DNA of 63,634 nt, counting the filler, from Octopus bimaculoides (taxonomy: Eukaryota): the NCBI RefSeq assembly GCF_001194135.2. It is 4 parts of 3 records of this genome, joined end to end, with 100 filler letters (N's around TTAATTAATTAA, not from the genome) between each part and the next. Parts side by side here need not be neighbours in the genome. Positions count along the whole stretch, not along the records: positions 1 to 22,540 come from NC_068982.1; 3 more parts are not named here. One strand, given 5' to 3'. The notes below the pieces were generated by a model, which saw only the letters and a program-made list of their open reading frames with translations, made no database searches and had not been told where the DNA came from. Both the position numbers and the translations under genes were made by a program. Below are positions 1-10,369 of the stretch, one piece after another. The stretch's first letter is position 1; each line of letters begins with the position of its first letter.

Positions 1-1690
1 CATCATCCATGCGAACACATTTCTCTCCTACAACATCACTATTCTCTATCCTACACTGTCTTGCAACATGAAATACCTCAAGTCTTTGGTCCTCACGGCA
101 CAGAACATTGGCAAATCTTTTCTTATCTGCTTCCCCTCTGGCTAAATAAACCTGTCGCCTGGCTTCCCTTCTGGCAGATTGGTACAATTCCCTGCTACCA
201 CCGTTCTTCCAGTCCTTCCAAGCCTGTTTCTTTTGTCTAATAGCCTTGTCTACCTCCTTTTTCCATCACCACGTTACTCTGGGTCGAAAGGGGACTTTAC
301 CCCAGCCACAGATCTGGTCGATGGCTCTCAGCAGGTTGTCCTGCAGAAATCTCCAATTTTCTTCCACGTTGTATGATGCTATATCCCCTTCTATTTCGTC
401 AAATATTTCGTGTAACTTGTCTCTAAGTCTCTCTCCATTTGCAGGGTCTTTAAGTTTCCACACCCTTCTCCTCCAAGCCGGTCTACTTCTGGGCACCCAT
501 TTTGCCTTGATCCCGAAGTCGCTAACTACTAATCTGTGTTGGAGTGTACATTATTCGCCAGGGAAGGTTTTGGCATTTATAAGCCGCCCTCTTTCCCTAT
601 TTCTGGCGAGGATGTAGTCGNNNNNNNNNNNNNNNNNNNNNNNNNNNNNNNNNNNNNNNNNNNNNNNNNNNNNNNNNNNNNNNNNNNNNNNNNNNNNNNN
701 NNNNNNNNNNNNNNNNNNNNNNNNNNNNNNNNNNNNNNNNNNNNNNNNNNNNNNNNNNNNNNNNNNNNNNNNNNNNNNNNNNNNNNNNNNNNNNNNNNNN
801 NNNNNNNNNNNNNNNNNNNNNNNNNNNNNNNNNNNNNNNNNNNNNNNNNNNNNNNNNNNNNNNNNNNNNNNNNNNNNNNNNNNNNNNNNNNNNNNNNNNN
901 NNNNNNNNNNNNNNNNNNNNNNNNNNNNNNNNNNNNNNNNNNNNNNNNNNNNNNNNNNNNNNNNNNNNNNNNNNNNNNNNNNNNNNNNNNNNNNNNNNNN
1001 NNNNNNNNNNNNNNNNNNNNNNNNNNNNNNNNNNNNNNNNNNNNNNNNNNNNNNNNNNNNNNNNNNNNNNNNNNNNNNNNNNNNNNNNNNNNNNNNNNNN
1101 NNNNNNNNNNNNNNNNNNNNNNNNNNNNNNNNNNNNNNNNNNNNNNNNNNNNNNNNNNNNNNNNCTAACTACCTCGATTACCTTATCAACCCATTTCTCT
1201 GCTAGAAGTATTCCTACGCCCCCGACCCCGTCAGTGTTCCCTGCCCAGAAAATCTTGTACCTGTGTTCTTTGCCTGTGAGGAACCTCGCAGAACCTCCTC
1301 TCCATCTTACTTCTTGGATGCAGCACAGATCTACGTGTCGCCGTTCAAGCATCTCAACAATCTCACCAGACCTACCTTTCAGCGTGCCGACGTTGAGAGT
1401 GCCAATCCTGACAGTGTGGGAGGAGTGGGCCCGTGTGACCCTGGGATGGGGGAAAGCAGTGTCGTGTACCTGAAAAGAAAGCTTGCATTTGGCAGAATTC
1501 ATAAACAAAACAATACCTACAACCTTCATATACTACCCAATCTTTATACGTTATAAGGTCGATAAGAGGGGAGGGGTGGTACAAGGTCACTACCAGTGTT
1601 CGCGGGAGACAGCTAGGGATGGAAGATGATCAAACTTCCGGTACTGGTGGAGGGGGTGGGAGGACAGGCGCCGGGCTAAGAGAGCTTTGT
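1..1690 (-). mobile_element. RTE-clade LINE, 5' part (5' UTR, APE endonuclease, post-EN region); runs off the window start; gap 621-1164; a few stops and frameshifts
   Basis: ORF 597-1529 RIGTLNVGTLKG...DLCCIQEVRW...GGVGILL is an APE endonuclease; DYILARK...QHRLVVSDF and VWKLKD...W*WKKEVDKAI follow in RTE order. Confidence 0.88.
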
Positions 1691-1699
1691 TGTGGGTTC

Positions 1700-2963
1700 T
1701 ATCAGCGTAGAAATTCCAATACGAATTGGGATGAAGTTGGAAAGTGAACTGGTTATAATAGGTTTGGGGACACGTACGAGTCGAAGAGGAAGTGGGGGAA
1801 AGAAAGTAGTGATTCAGAGAGAGAGGATAGAGACAGTAAAGATGCTAGAAAAGTTAGTTCAGACTCTGAATAAAATACCCATGCCCAATCGATCCGAGAT
1901 GATGCAGATGCTACATGCAATTGGAAGAATGATGACAAAGCTGTTCTCAAGTCGACATGGGCAACAAGCACTTTTGATGGCTCTGAAGATTATAAGGTGT
2001 CAGGCTGAATCATGTACCTCGTTGGTCCATCAGTTTCGTCTAAAGATGATGTCAAAACCCTGCCCAAATACTATTCAGAAAGCCATTAAGAACTTAATTC
2101 CTCAGAAAGGGATCAAGTGTGCAAACAACATTGAAGGTTCAGAACTATTTGATGGTGACAGCATCGAGGAAAAAGCTGCCCAGAATGAGTCGGAAGATGA
2201 AGGCAAGCCATCTGAGAAACTTTTGGAGGGGATTGACCTATCTGGTGAAATCCCCACGGCGGTTTTGCAGGAGCCAAAACACGATCAGCCAAGCATGATG
2301 ATGAGATGCTCTGTCTCTCTTGTAGGACTCAGCAGTGATGATCGGGTTAATAAAGATGCCCTGTTCCTTGGAAAATTCAGAAGGAGTTGGACAAAAATGA
2401 GACCTCTACACTTTTCTTGATGTATCGAAGCAAACTCCTGTCAACTGTCAGTGAAGAAGTGAATATTGAAACCAAAAAACCTGCAGAAGGACAGTGATGA
2501 AAAATCATGAGTCTATCATTTTATACCCATTTATGGAGTGCTATGTTTTATTACGTATAGTAGAATAAATACTGCAAGTTCACAAAACAGTAATTATACA
2601 TGTTTCGTTGTGTTTTACTTTTCTTTCTTTTTAAGACGTCTTGTTTGTATCAATATCTGTTTAATCCACAGCATTAAAAAAAAAAATCCCATAATTACCA
2701 AATGTCTTATTTTTATTATCCAAATGTATATCTTAATTACAGTGAATGTTTGAAGCATATCTATGTGCTAATTTCACTTGCCTCTTGTTAATTTCTTTTG
2801 CCTCGTTAAGCTTTAAGATGCTTTTTACCTAATTTTTGTACATACACTATACAGTTACTGATTCCCACCCACCCCTGCTTATTCCAACCCACCTGCTTAT
2901 AACAATTTAAGCAAATCTACTCACCTGCTTATTCCACTCCCCCTATTATTTGGGACTCGAGAG
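1700..2963 (+). mobile_element. Degenerate pogo/Tc2-like DNA transposon, 3' half with right terminus
   Basis: Frameshifted FDGSEDYKVS*IMYLVG / FRLKMMSKPCPNTIQKAIKNLIPQKGIK..IEGSELFD resembles a DDE_1 (pogo) C-terminus (recalled similarity). Ends in three CCTGCTTAT subterminal repeats and ...GGGACTCGAGAG followed by TA at 2964-2965. Confidence 0.5.
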
Positions 2964-2971
2964 TACATATA

Positions 2972-3632
2972 CAGGGTTCTCAAGATATTTGAGGACAGAT
3001 TTGTTTATAAAAAAAAAAACATAACAGATAATAACTTTATTTATCAAAAAATACTTCTTTTCTCTGATGTTATTCAGTAAAGCCACCTTCAGCTTCAATG
3101 ACTCTTTCTATATGAGATCTAAATCATCTTCATGCTTGAATCAAATGGTCCTGGTTCATTACTCTGACTATGGCAGCTTTCAAAGAATCTTTGGTATTGT
3201 GGGCGTGTTCATTGACCTCTCTCTCAACAACGACCCACATGCAATAGTCCAATAGATTGAGATCTGGGGAGTTAGGAGGTCAAATGTTAGGGGTTATGTG
3301 ATCATGAAAAATTTTCAGCTTTTCATTCCTGTGTTACTAGAGCCATGTGTGATAGCACAGTCTTAATGAAACATATGGCTTTCCATTGCATACACTGTCT
3401 ATCCAGGGCTTAATTATTTCCAGGACCTTGATGTAGGTGGCAGAGTTAACTCTAAGGCCTTGTGGAAGGAAGTAAGGAGGCATCACATGTCTTTCATTGC
3501 TGACAACCCCTAAAACCATGACAGTTTCAGGAATTTTTGTATGCATAACACTTGGAACTTCAGAAGGGTTTTCCCATAACCATCTGTTACCTCTTCTGTT
3601 AACTTTTTGATCTTGGTTGAAGTTTTTCTCGC
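2972..3632 (-). mobile_element. maT (DD37D, Bmmar1-like) transposase, 3' half plus terminus, degenerate
   Basis: EKNFNQDQKVNRR..WLWENPSEVPSVMHTKIPETVMVLGVVSNE..VMPP...FHDHITPNI*PPNSPDLNLLDY; TA-CAGGGT end at 2970-2977. Confidence 0.82.
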
Positions 3633-4770
3633 TTTAGCTATGGCTTGTTTTGTGGATTTGAAGGCTGAGGTCATTGCACCATCCCACTCCATCTGTCTTT
3701 TTGAACCATCTTTTGACAGTGCCTTGTATAGGGGTCTCATCACTCCTGCTGCAGAAGGGATGAAGGGATGGTAAATATCTATCATATCCAGAAATTGGCA
3801 TAGAGCTTACTTGTAGTTGGGCATGGAAAAGATGTCCTTCGCTTTTTCTGGCAGTGGTGTAACACCAGCACCTGTGGTTTGATGTCTCAGGAAGTCGATT
3901 GCTGTAACACCAAAAACATACTTGGTGGGTTTGATTACTAGACCATACTGTTTCAGTCAGTGGAGGTGCAATGGCCCAGTGGTTAGGGCAGCGGACTCGC
4001 GGTCATGGGATCGCGGTTTCGATTCCCAGACCGGGTGTTGTGAGTGTTTATTGAGCGAAAACACCTAAAAGCTCCACGAGGCTCCGGCAGGGGATGGTAG
4101 TGAACCCTGCTGTACTCTTCCACCACAACTTTCTCTCACTCTTACTTCCTGTTTCTGTTGTGCCTGTAATTCAAAGGGTCAGCCTTGTCACACTGTGTCA
4201 CGCTGAATATCCCCGAGAACTACGTTAAGGGTACACATGTCTGTGGAGTGCTCAGCCACTTGCACATTAATTTCACGAGCAGGCTGTTCAGTTGATCGGA
4301 TCAACTGGAACCCTCGACGTTGTAAGCGATGGACTGCCAACAACAACTGTTTCAGTCAGTCAAAAAGAGTCACTAGGTACTTCTTGTGTAGCTCCACATT
4401 TTGTCTTGTGATAAGGATATCTAAGTATATGCAAAGACAAAATCAAGACCCCTGCACAGAGTGTCAGTCAAGTATTGGAAGGATTGTGCTACATTTTGCA
4501 GGCCAAAGGGTGTATGTAAGAATTCATACAGCCTGAAAGGAGCGATCACAGTGGTCTTCGGTACATTGTCATCATGTACTGGTATTTGGTGGTAACCTTG
4601 GATGTGTTTGACCTTTGAGAAAACCAAGCTCCTGGCTAGCTGCGCTGAGAAGTCATATTTGCATTGAGACAGCAGTAATCTCTGCAAAGTCACCAACCTT
4701 TGTTGGGTTTTGGTACCACATGCAGGGGTGACAACCAGGGACTGCTTGATCAGCAAACTGTGCCCAACAG
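3633..4770 (-). mobile_element. Ty3/Gypsy pol (RT) fragment interrupted by a SINE
   Basis: FSKVKHIQGYHQIPVHDDNVPKTTVIAPFRLYEFLHTPFGLQNVAQSFQ; RLKQYGLVIKPTKYVFG; YHPFIPSAAGVMRPLYKAL..EWDGAMTSAFKSTKQAIAKA. No LTR seen. Confidence 0.85.
3961..4346 (+). mobile_element. Full-length tRNA-derived SINE (family A) with 15-bp target-site duplication
   Basis: A box TGGCCCAGTGG, B box GGTTTCGATTCC, (CAA)n tail; ACTGTTTCAGTCAGT at 3947-3961 and 4346-4360. Confidence 0.92.
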
Positions 4771-4799
4771 CTCCATATTAGCTCCTTAAACTTTTTCCA

Positions 4800-5330
4800 A
4801 CCCATTCTTACCCTGAATACTATACTTTCAGAGCAGCCACCTCCCTCGGTAATTACATCTAAGTAACAGAAGCTGTCAACTACCTTCAGTGAAGAGCCTG
4901 GGAATCTAAGAGACGTGATTTCTGGTGTGTTTCTATGAACTGTTCCAGTGCATCGACCGCATGTGAAGATTACATTTCTACTTAGTCTGCCAGTGATGCC
5001 ATTACATTCCCTGTGTGTCCGTAGCCCAATATATAGAGTTTATACCTCCTCCTTTTTTGCATATTGAGCAAGACTTTTTCCCTGAAGGTACCAGGTTCCT
5101 GTCTTCTTTCATCATCATCATCATCATTGTCACCATCCTTTAACATCCATTGTTCATGCTGGCATGGGTTGGCCGGTTTGTCCAGGGCTGGCAAGCCAGA
5201 GAACTGCACCAGGTTCCAGTCTGATTTGGTTTCTACAGCTGGATGTCCTTCCTAACACCAACCACTTTACAGTTTATACTGGGTGCTTTTAACATGGCAC
5301 CAGCACAGGGTTCTTTCTTACGTGTTAAAA
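4800..5330 (-). mobile_element. RTE LINE remnants (ORF piece plus 3' UTR with (GAT)n tail)
   Basis: WTHRECNGITGRL..FTCGRCTG piece near 4930-5010; (ATC)n-TTTAACATCC...CTGGATGTCCTTCCTAAC from about 5110. Confidence 0.7.
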
Positions 5331-5598
5331 CCCTTTGTCTGTCTGTGTGCTTTTTTTCTTATACATTTCATTATCCCAAGGACCACTCTCTGTTTAACAA
5401 GAAAATTGAAAAAATTCACACTTGTCATGTGACTCGCCAACATTAATTTTTAATTAAACCTTTCAGAAAGAATTGTTATTCCTGCATTAATGCTGATAAC
5501 TGTAAGAAACGAACTTTTAGGTTTGAAGTTCCATATTATGTATGTTTATATCATAAATGATTACAGATTGGCAGTGAACTGAAGTATAAAAAAGCACC

Positions 5599-5682
5599 AT
5601 GGATGCGAAAGTTATTGCATTGGCTGACGAAAGGAAGACAGACGAACTGAGCAATGTCTTAAAAGAGGTTGACAAAAATCAG
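5599..5682 (+). CDS. FANCI: FANCI first coding exon (84 bp)
   Basis: Acceptor ttacag at 5561-5566, Kozak-like accATGg, MDAKVIALADERKTDELSNVLKEVDKNQ (human [28 protein letters not shown]), donor CAG|gtaagg. Confidence 0.88.
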
Positions 5683-6267
5683 GTAAGGATGACTTGTCAT
5701 TTTGTCCTGAATCTTTGCTGAAGTTGATCACATCTTTTGTCTTCCCTGTTCCCTGCTGATATGGGTTGGATGATTTGACAAGATCTGACAGGCCCACTGA
5801 TTGCATCTTACTCCAATATCTGCTTCCTTATAGTTTCTATGACCAGTTGACTTTCCTAATGCCAACCACTTCACATTGTATTCTGGGTACCTTTTTTTTT
5901 ATGTCACCAACTCCCGTGAGGTCACTATACAGCTTGCAAGATTAAGATCCCTTGTGACTGAGTGGGGCTGCTGTACTAAGGGAGATGGGGTTATACAAGG
6001 AGATGAGGCTAAAGAATGAGAGAAGCAACCAGAAGGGAATAGGTTTCTTGCTGTAGAGAAGCTCCATGGCTACTTCTATTATAGAAGAGAGGGTGGGAGT
6101 GACTAGGGTAGAGGAGTGGACCTTTAAGCTACAAGATGGAGTAAAAGTGATTGGGGACAGAAGAATAGTGTGTGGATGGGTAGGGATTGCAAGTGTGTAT
6201 GGGATGGTTAGAGATTAAGGTCGGGTGAAGGGTGAGGGATAAATATAATGAATAAAGGACAAGTATG

Positions 6268-6410
6268 AAGGAGTAGCTATGTGGTTAAAAGCTTGCGTCC
6301 CAACCACGTGGTCCCAAGTTGCTTACCTTGGATAAGTGTCTCCTATAACCTCAGGTCAACTAAAGCCTTACAAGTGGATTTGGCAGACAAAAGCTGAAAG
6401 AAGCGTGTCT
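6268..6410 (+). mobile_element. Diverged tRNA-SINE head (family B)
   Basis: GGAGTAGCTATGTGGTTAA...CCTTGGATAAGTGTC...GTGGATTTGGCAGAC, similar to the copies at 33991 and 45940. Confidence 0.65.
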
Positions 6411-6419
6411 CATATATTA

Positions 6420-6740
6420 TCTCATCGTCTTCATTTTGTTGTCCAAGCTGGTATGGGTTAGACGGTTTGACCAGGGCTGGTAAGCTGAGGGGCTGCACCA
6501 GACTACAGTCTGATTTGGCATGGTTTCAACAGTATCACTGGACATGGCTTGTACAGCTCTTACCGATCACTCATCTATCCCTACTTTCCGCATTGACCAT
6601 CAGATAAGGGATTGGTGGACCCGTCAAAGACTTTCTCCAAATCAACAAAAGCTAAGTACAGAGGTTTATCTTTGGCTATGCATTTCCCCTGCCGCTGCCT
6701 TACCAGAAATATAGCATTGGTGGTGCTTCTCCCTGCCACA
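6420..6740 (-). mobile_element. RTE LINE deletion derivative (RT piece joined to the 3' end)
   Basis: AIFLVRQRQGKCIAKDKPLYLAFVDLEKVFD joined to the 3' UTR/(GAT)n end. Confidence 0.8.
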
Positions 6741-6925
6741 CATATATTTATCTCTGTGTGTCTGTCCACTTGACAACTGGTGCTGGTTTGTTTACATCCC
6801 CATAACTTAGCAGTTTGGTAAAAGAAACCAATAAAATAAGTACTAGAGTCAGTTCATTCAACTAAAAAGTTCTTCGAGGCAGTGCCCCAGCATGGCCAGT
6901 CAAATGACTGAAACAAGTAAAAGAT
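6740..6925 (+). mobile_element. SINE family B 3' half
   Basis: CTTGACAACTGGTGCTGG...CCCCAGCATGGCCAGTCAAATGACTGAAACAAGTAAAAG; recurs at 7440-7680 (-), 34455, 60490 and 62130 (-). Confidence 0.75.
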
Positions 6926-7303
6926 ATATGTTGTTTGTGTAAGGTAGGGAAAAGTAGGTGATGGGTTGGGGAGTGGTGGTGGGGGGTTGATCAGTGATAA
7001 CAAACAGAGAAGTTAAATGTAAATGTCTCTGTGATCTCCAAGAATTCTGAAATATTTTGACCAAGACATTATTACTCTTAATTGTAAACACTAACGAACA
7101 AACAAGAGTCTCTACTTTTTCGTGAAGTGCACAAGTTCTTTCCAAGGACAAAGGAGGTAACTGGTTGCCTCATATTCATAAGAATATTATTTATATTCAT
7201 TTATGAAAAGAAAAAACAATCTCCTTGTCATCGCTTGGAACTTTATATTATTTAATCTCTGGTTTCATTAAATTCCCATATTTTTATGTCTTTTCGTATA
7301 AAG

Positions 7304-7379
7304 GTCGACAAGTTGTTAGAAGACCGTATTGTGAAAGAAACCAGTGAGCCCATAGCGCTAATAAAGGCCCTCTTATTTG
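7304..7379 (+). CDS. FANCI: FANCI coding exon 2 (76 bp, phase 0 to 1)
   Basis: ttttcgtataaag|GTC GAC...TTA TTT G|gtaagc; VDKLLEDRIVKETSEPIALIKALLF(G). Confidence 0.9.
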
Positions 7380-7769
7380 GTAAGCCTTTTTTTTTTGTCA
7401 TCAATTTATCTTTATTCATCTACTTTTGAATTGGGTTCTGTTGAAAAACTTGTCTTTTCTCTTTTCTTTGTTTCAGTGATTAGACTGTGGCCATGCTGGG
7501 GCACTGCCCTGAAGAACTTTGAGTCAAACGAATCTATTCTAGTACTTATTTTTTTAAAATCCTGGTGCTTATTCTATCAGTCACTTTTGCCAAACCACTG
7601 AGTTATGGGAACATAAACACACCAACACTGGTTGTCAAGCAATGTTAGGGAACAAACATAGACACAAAGATACAGATGCATATCAGAGGGAAAAGGACAA
7701 CAAAAACCAAGGCAGGACGAGTATCTCAAGTCATTTAGAATAATTTAATTAAGGTAAGGTGAATTTTAA

Positions 7770-7846
7770 GTCTTACAGCTGTTTCTCAGACATCCCAAGT
7801 GATAGGCTAGCAATGTCTATACACTGGGTATTCCATCATCAGAGAC
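7770..7846 (-). ncRNA. Minimal type I hammerhead ribozyme motif (intact core, imperfect proximal helix II)
   Basis: Minus strand GTCT-CTGATGA-[50 nt helix II]-GAAA-CAGCTG-TA|AGAC; helix I GTCT/AGAC, palindromic helix III ACAG/CTGT, predicted cut between 7774 and 7773. Confidence 0.72.
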
Positions 7847-8023
7847 AAGGTTTTCATGAAAGTTCTAGGCAGGGGAATTCACAGTTTATAAACAATAAAA
7901 TAGGAGATAGAAGAATAGTTTTCTATCTACTATTTTATTTTTCTATTTATTATTCTTCCATCTACAATTTTATACCTTATAAACTGAATTTCCCTGTATA
8001 GAATTTTCATACATACTCACCTT

Positions 8024-8099
8024 GTCTCTGATGGCAAAATACCCAGTGTATGGACATGCCAGCTTATCATTTGGGATATCACAGAAACAGTTGTTAGAC
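8024..8099 (+). ncRNA. Degenerate hammerhead motif (sister arm)
   Basis: GTCT-CTGATGG-...-GAAA-CAGTTG-TT|AGAC; the A9>G change is predicted to inactivate it. Confidence 0.6.
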
Positions 8100-8428
8100 T
8101 TCAAATTCACATTAACCTAATTAAATATTCTAAATGACTCAAGAAGCTTGTCCTGCCTTGGTTTTGATATCTTTTTCCTCTAATATAATATATACCTGCT
8201 AACTCCGAAGCCTACTACGGATCCCTAGCTCCAGCCTCAGCTGTGAATTTGGAACCTAACGGTTGACCAATTATAGCACTTACTCAATGTACCTATTTGT
8301 TTAGATCACCAGTGAAGTAAACCCCTTATATTCTCTCCCTGCACACACGCATATATACAAATGATTAAAGACGTAACATTTTTCTATTTTATTTAAAAAC
8401 TGCTCACTGGAATTCAAAGAAATTTTCA

Positions 8429-9820
8429 CAGAATGATGGCAACAGTTATATGCCCATGATGTGTAAAAAGACGTGCGGTTCTGTAAAACAACACAGAAAC
8501 TATGGCCATTTACCAAATTTAAATAAACTTTCACCGTTTCAAATTATTAGCAAGGTGTAATTAAAACTTATGTAAACAAGAAAATACCAATTTAATTGTT
8601 TAATGTACACGCTAGAATGAACAGATACAGTCATAAACATGGAAGAAATAGAAATAAAGAAGTCAGCAGCATTCAGAAACGAGAGGTGAGCTGGTTAGGA
8701 TTTGTTTGAACTAAGTTGGAAATGGTTCATGGAAGATACTCATTTCTGGATTTCCTTTGATCTTATACCATGGGATACATCCACTGTTGCCTGCCACAGT
8801 CCATCCTTGCTTCTAAATTGGTGTTTATTCTCGTAAACTCATTGCTTTAGAATACTCCACAAATTTTCTATTGGATTTAAGTCAGAACAAGCAGGCCACT
8901 TCATCTTCGAAGGTTCACAGAAGCCTAATTGTTGCAGATACTCTGTAGTTTTCTTTGCTGAGTGTAAGGGTGCATTATCTTGCATGAATATTATGGTTGC
9001 CTTGAAGGTGATCCTTTGCTTTTTCAACTAAGATTCAAGGTGCTCCCTCAGAAAGACTATATAAGCATCTGCAGTCATTTTAGCACTGTCAGGCTCCTTC
9101 CAAGGACCAACCATAATGCCTTAAATAATACCTACCCAAATCATAATGTCTCCTCCCCATTGTTGGTGTCTCAAACATTGATGATGCTCTTGTCCATTTA
9201 CATCTCATCCCTTGCTCAGGTCCATTAAGTGTAGCACAAGTTTCGTCCATAAACAAAGCGTGTGGAAAATTGACCTTCATGTTATCTTTTGCCCATTTCA
9301 GACAATTTTGTTTGAGGGAAGCATTTCAACTGTCATTGGTTTATCAACCTTTTTCAGAAGACGACTTCAGGTAATTCTGCACACAGTTGTTTCACCAATG
9401 CACCTGAAATGTCGCCTGACCCTTGTTGGCTCCTTTACGTATCTTCGTAGGAGATGTATCAAATTTTTTCACAGATTGGTGATATCATCATCATCATCAT
9501 CGTTTAACGTCCGCTTTCCATGCTAGCATGAAAAGCGGACGTTAAACGACGACGATGATGATGATATCACCAATCTGTGAAAAAATATCTTTCTAATTAT
9601 TTTAAATATTTCTAATGTGGAGTTCAGAAGTAATAACAGATTTCTCTGAAGCAGTTAAGTCACATTTACGACCCATAATTACACAATTATCAGACCACTC
9701 TTAATTTGGAACACTGAAAGTTTGTGGAAACCATGCAAATGGCTGCGATTTGTTTACACTTGTGCAAAACCTCATGTTTTTTTTATGCACCACGTGTATA
9801 TAGCTGTTACCATCATTCTG
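8429..9820 (-). mobile_element. Full-length degenerate Tc1 (DD34E-type) transposon
   Basis: TIRs CAGAATGATGG(C/T)AACAG(T/C)TATA at 8429 and 9820, flanked by CA and TA; MGRKCDLTASEK start near 9676; LFMDE..., FMQDNAPLHSAK, WPACSDLNPIENLWSILK. Confidence 0.9.
9463..9586. repeat. 124-bp spacer-less palindrome: RTE 3' tip plus target DNA folded back
   Basis: 62-bp arms with 3 mismatches, centred on CATGCT|AGCATG (9524/9525). Confidence 0.93.
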
Positions 9821-10146
9821 TAGAAATTTCATTGAATTTCAAACGAGTAGTTTTTAAATAGAATAAACAAATGTAATATTATTAATAATTTGAAATGCAG
9901 AGATGGCAAGGGTGCATGAGATGGAGTGGGATCACAGGCAGGGCTGATAGAGAAAAGAAGCTTTATATGTGTAGGAGTAGTTTGCAATAAAAGTACCCTA
10001 ATGTTTAATGGTTCCCTCAAAGGAGTCGATAGCGTGTGTCACCTCGGTCAATAATTTGTTCCTGTTTATATAACTTGCTGCAATATTCATTTATAGACAC
10101 TCGTTCTTATAGTGTATTTAGAGGTACTTATGTCTTCTTTACACAG

Positions 10147-10277
10147 GATATTCTTTGAAAGAAGAGGACAGAGCTGCAAAATGGTTGGACATCTATTTGT
10201 GCTGTATTAATTGTCTTCAGAAAAAAGACCAACATTCAAAGGTTTCTGAAAAAGTCATAGATTTCCTTATTTGGCAG
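10147..10277 (+). CDS. FANCI: FANCI coding exon 3 (131 bp, phase 1 to 0)
   Basis: cttctttacacag|GA TAT...TGG CAG|gtaagg; IYLCCIN matches human IYTCCIQ. Confidence 0.93.
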
Positions 10278-10369
10278 GTAAGGTTTTTGATTTATTTTGA
10301 GAAGAGTAGCCCCAAGACATTTCAGATATTGTTCACCTGGAGGTCTGAGTTTTATTACTCATCACTTAA

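Larger units (their letters stand above)
7681..8185. repeat. ~505-bp imperfect palindrome (two divergent HHR-bearing units) in the FANCI intron
   Basis: 7681-~7915 is the reverse complement of ~7950-8185 over the whole length, e.g. AAAACCAAGGCAGGAC..GTCATTTAGAATA vs TATTCTAAATGAC..GTCCTGCCTTGGTTTT. Confidence 0.9.

Noticed and set aside
1692-2420. Longest gap-free ORF (242 aa) as a host gene
   Set aside because: Starts at GTG; the transposase-like motifs switch frame near 2030, so the ORF is partly off-frame debris of a pogo-like element.
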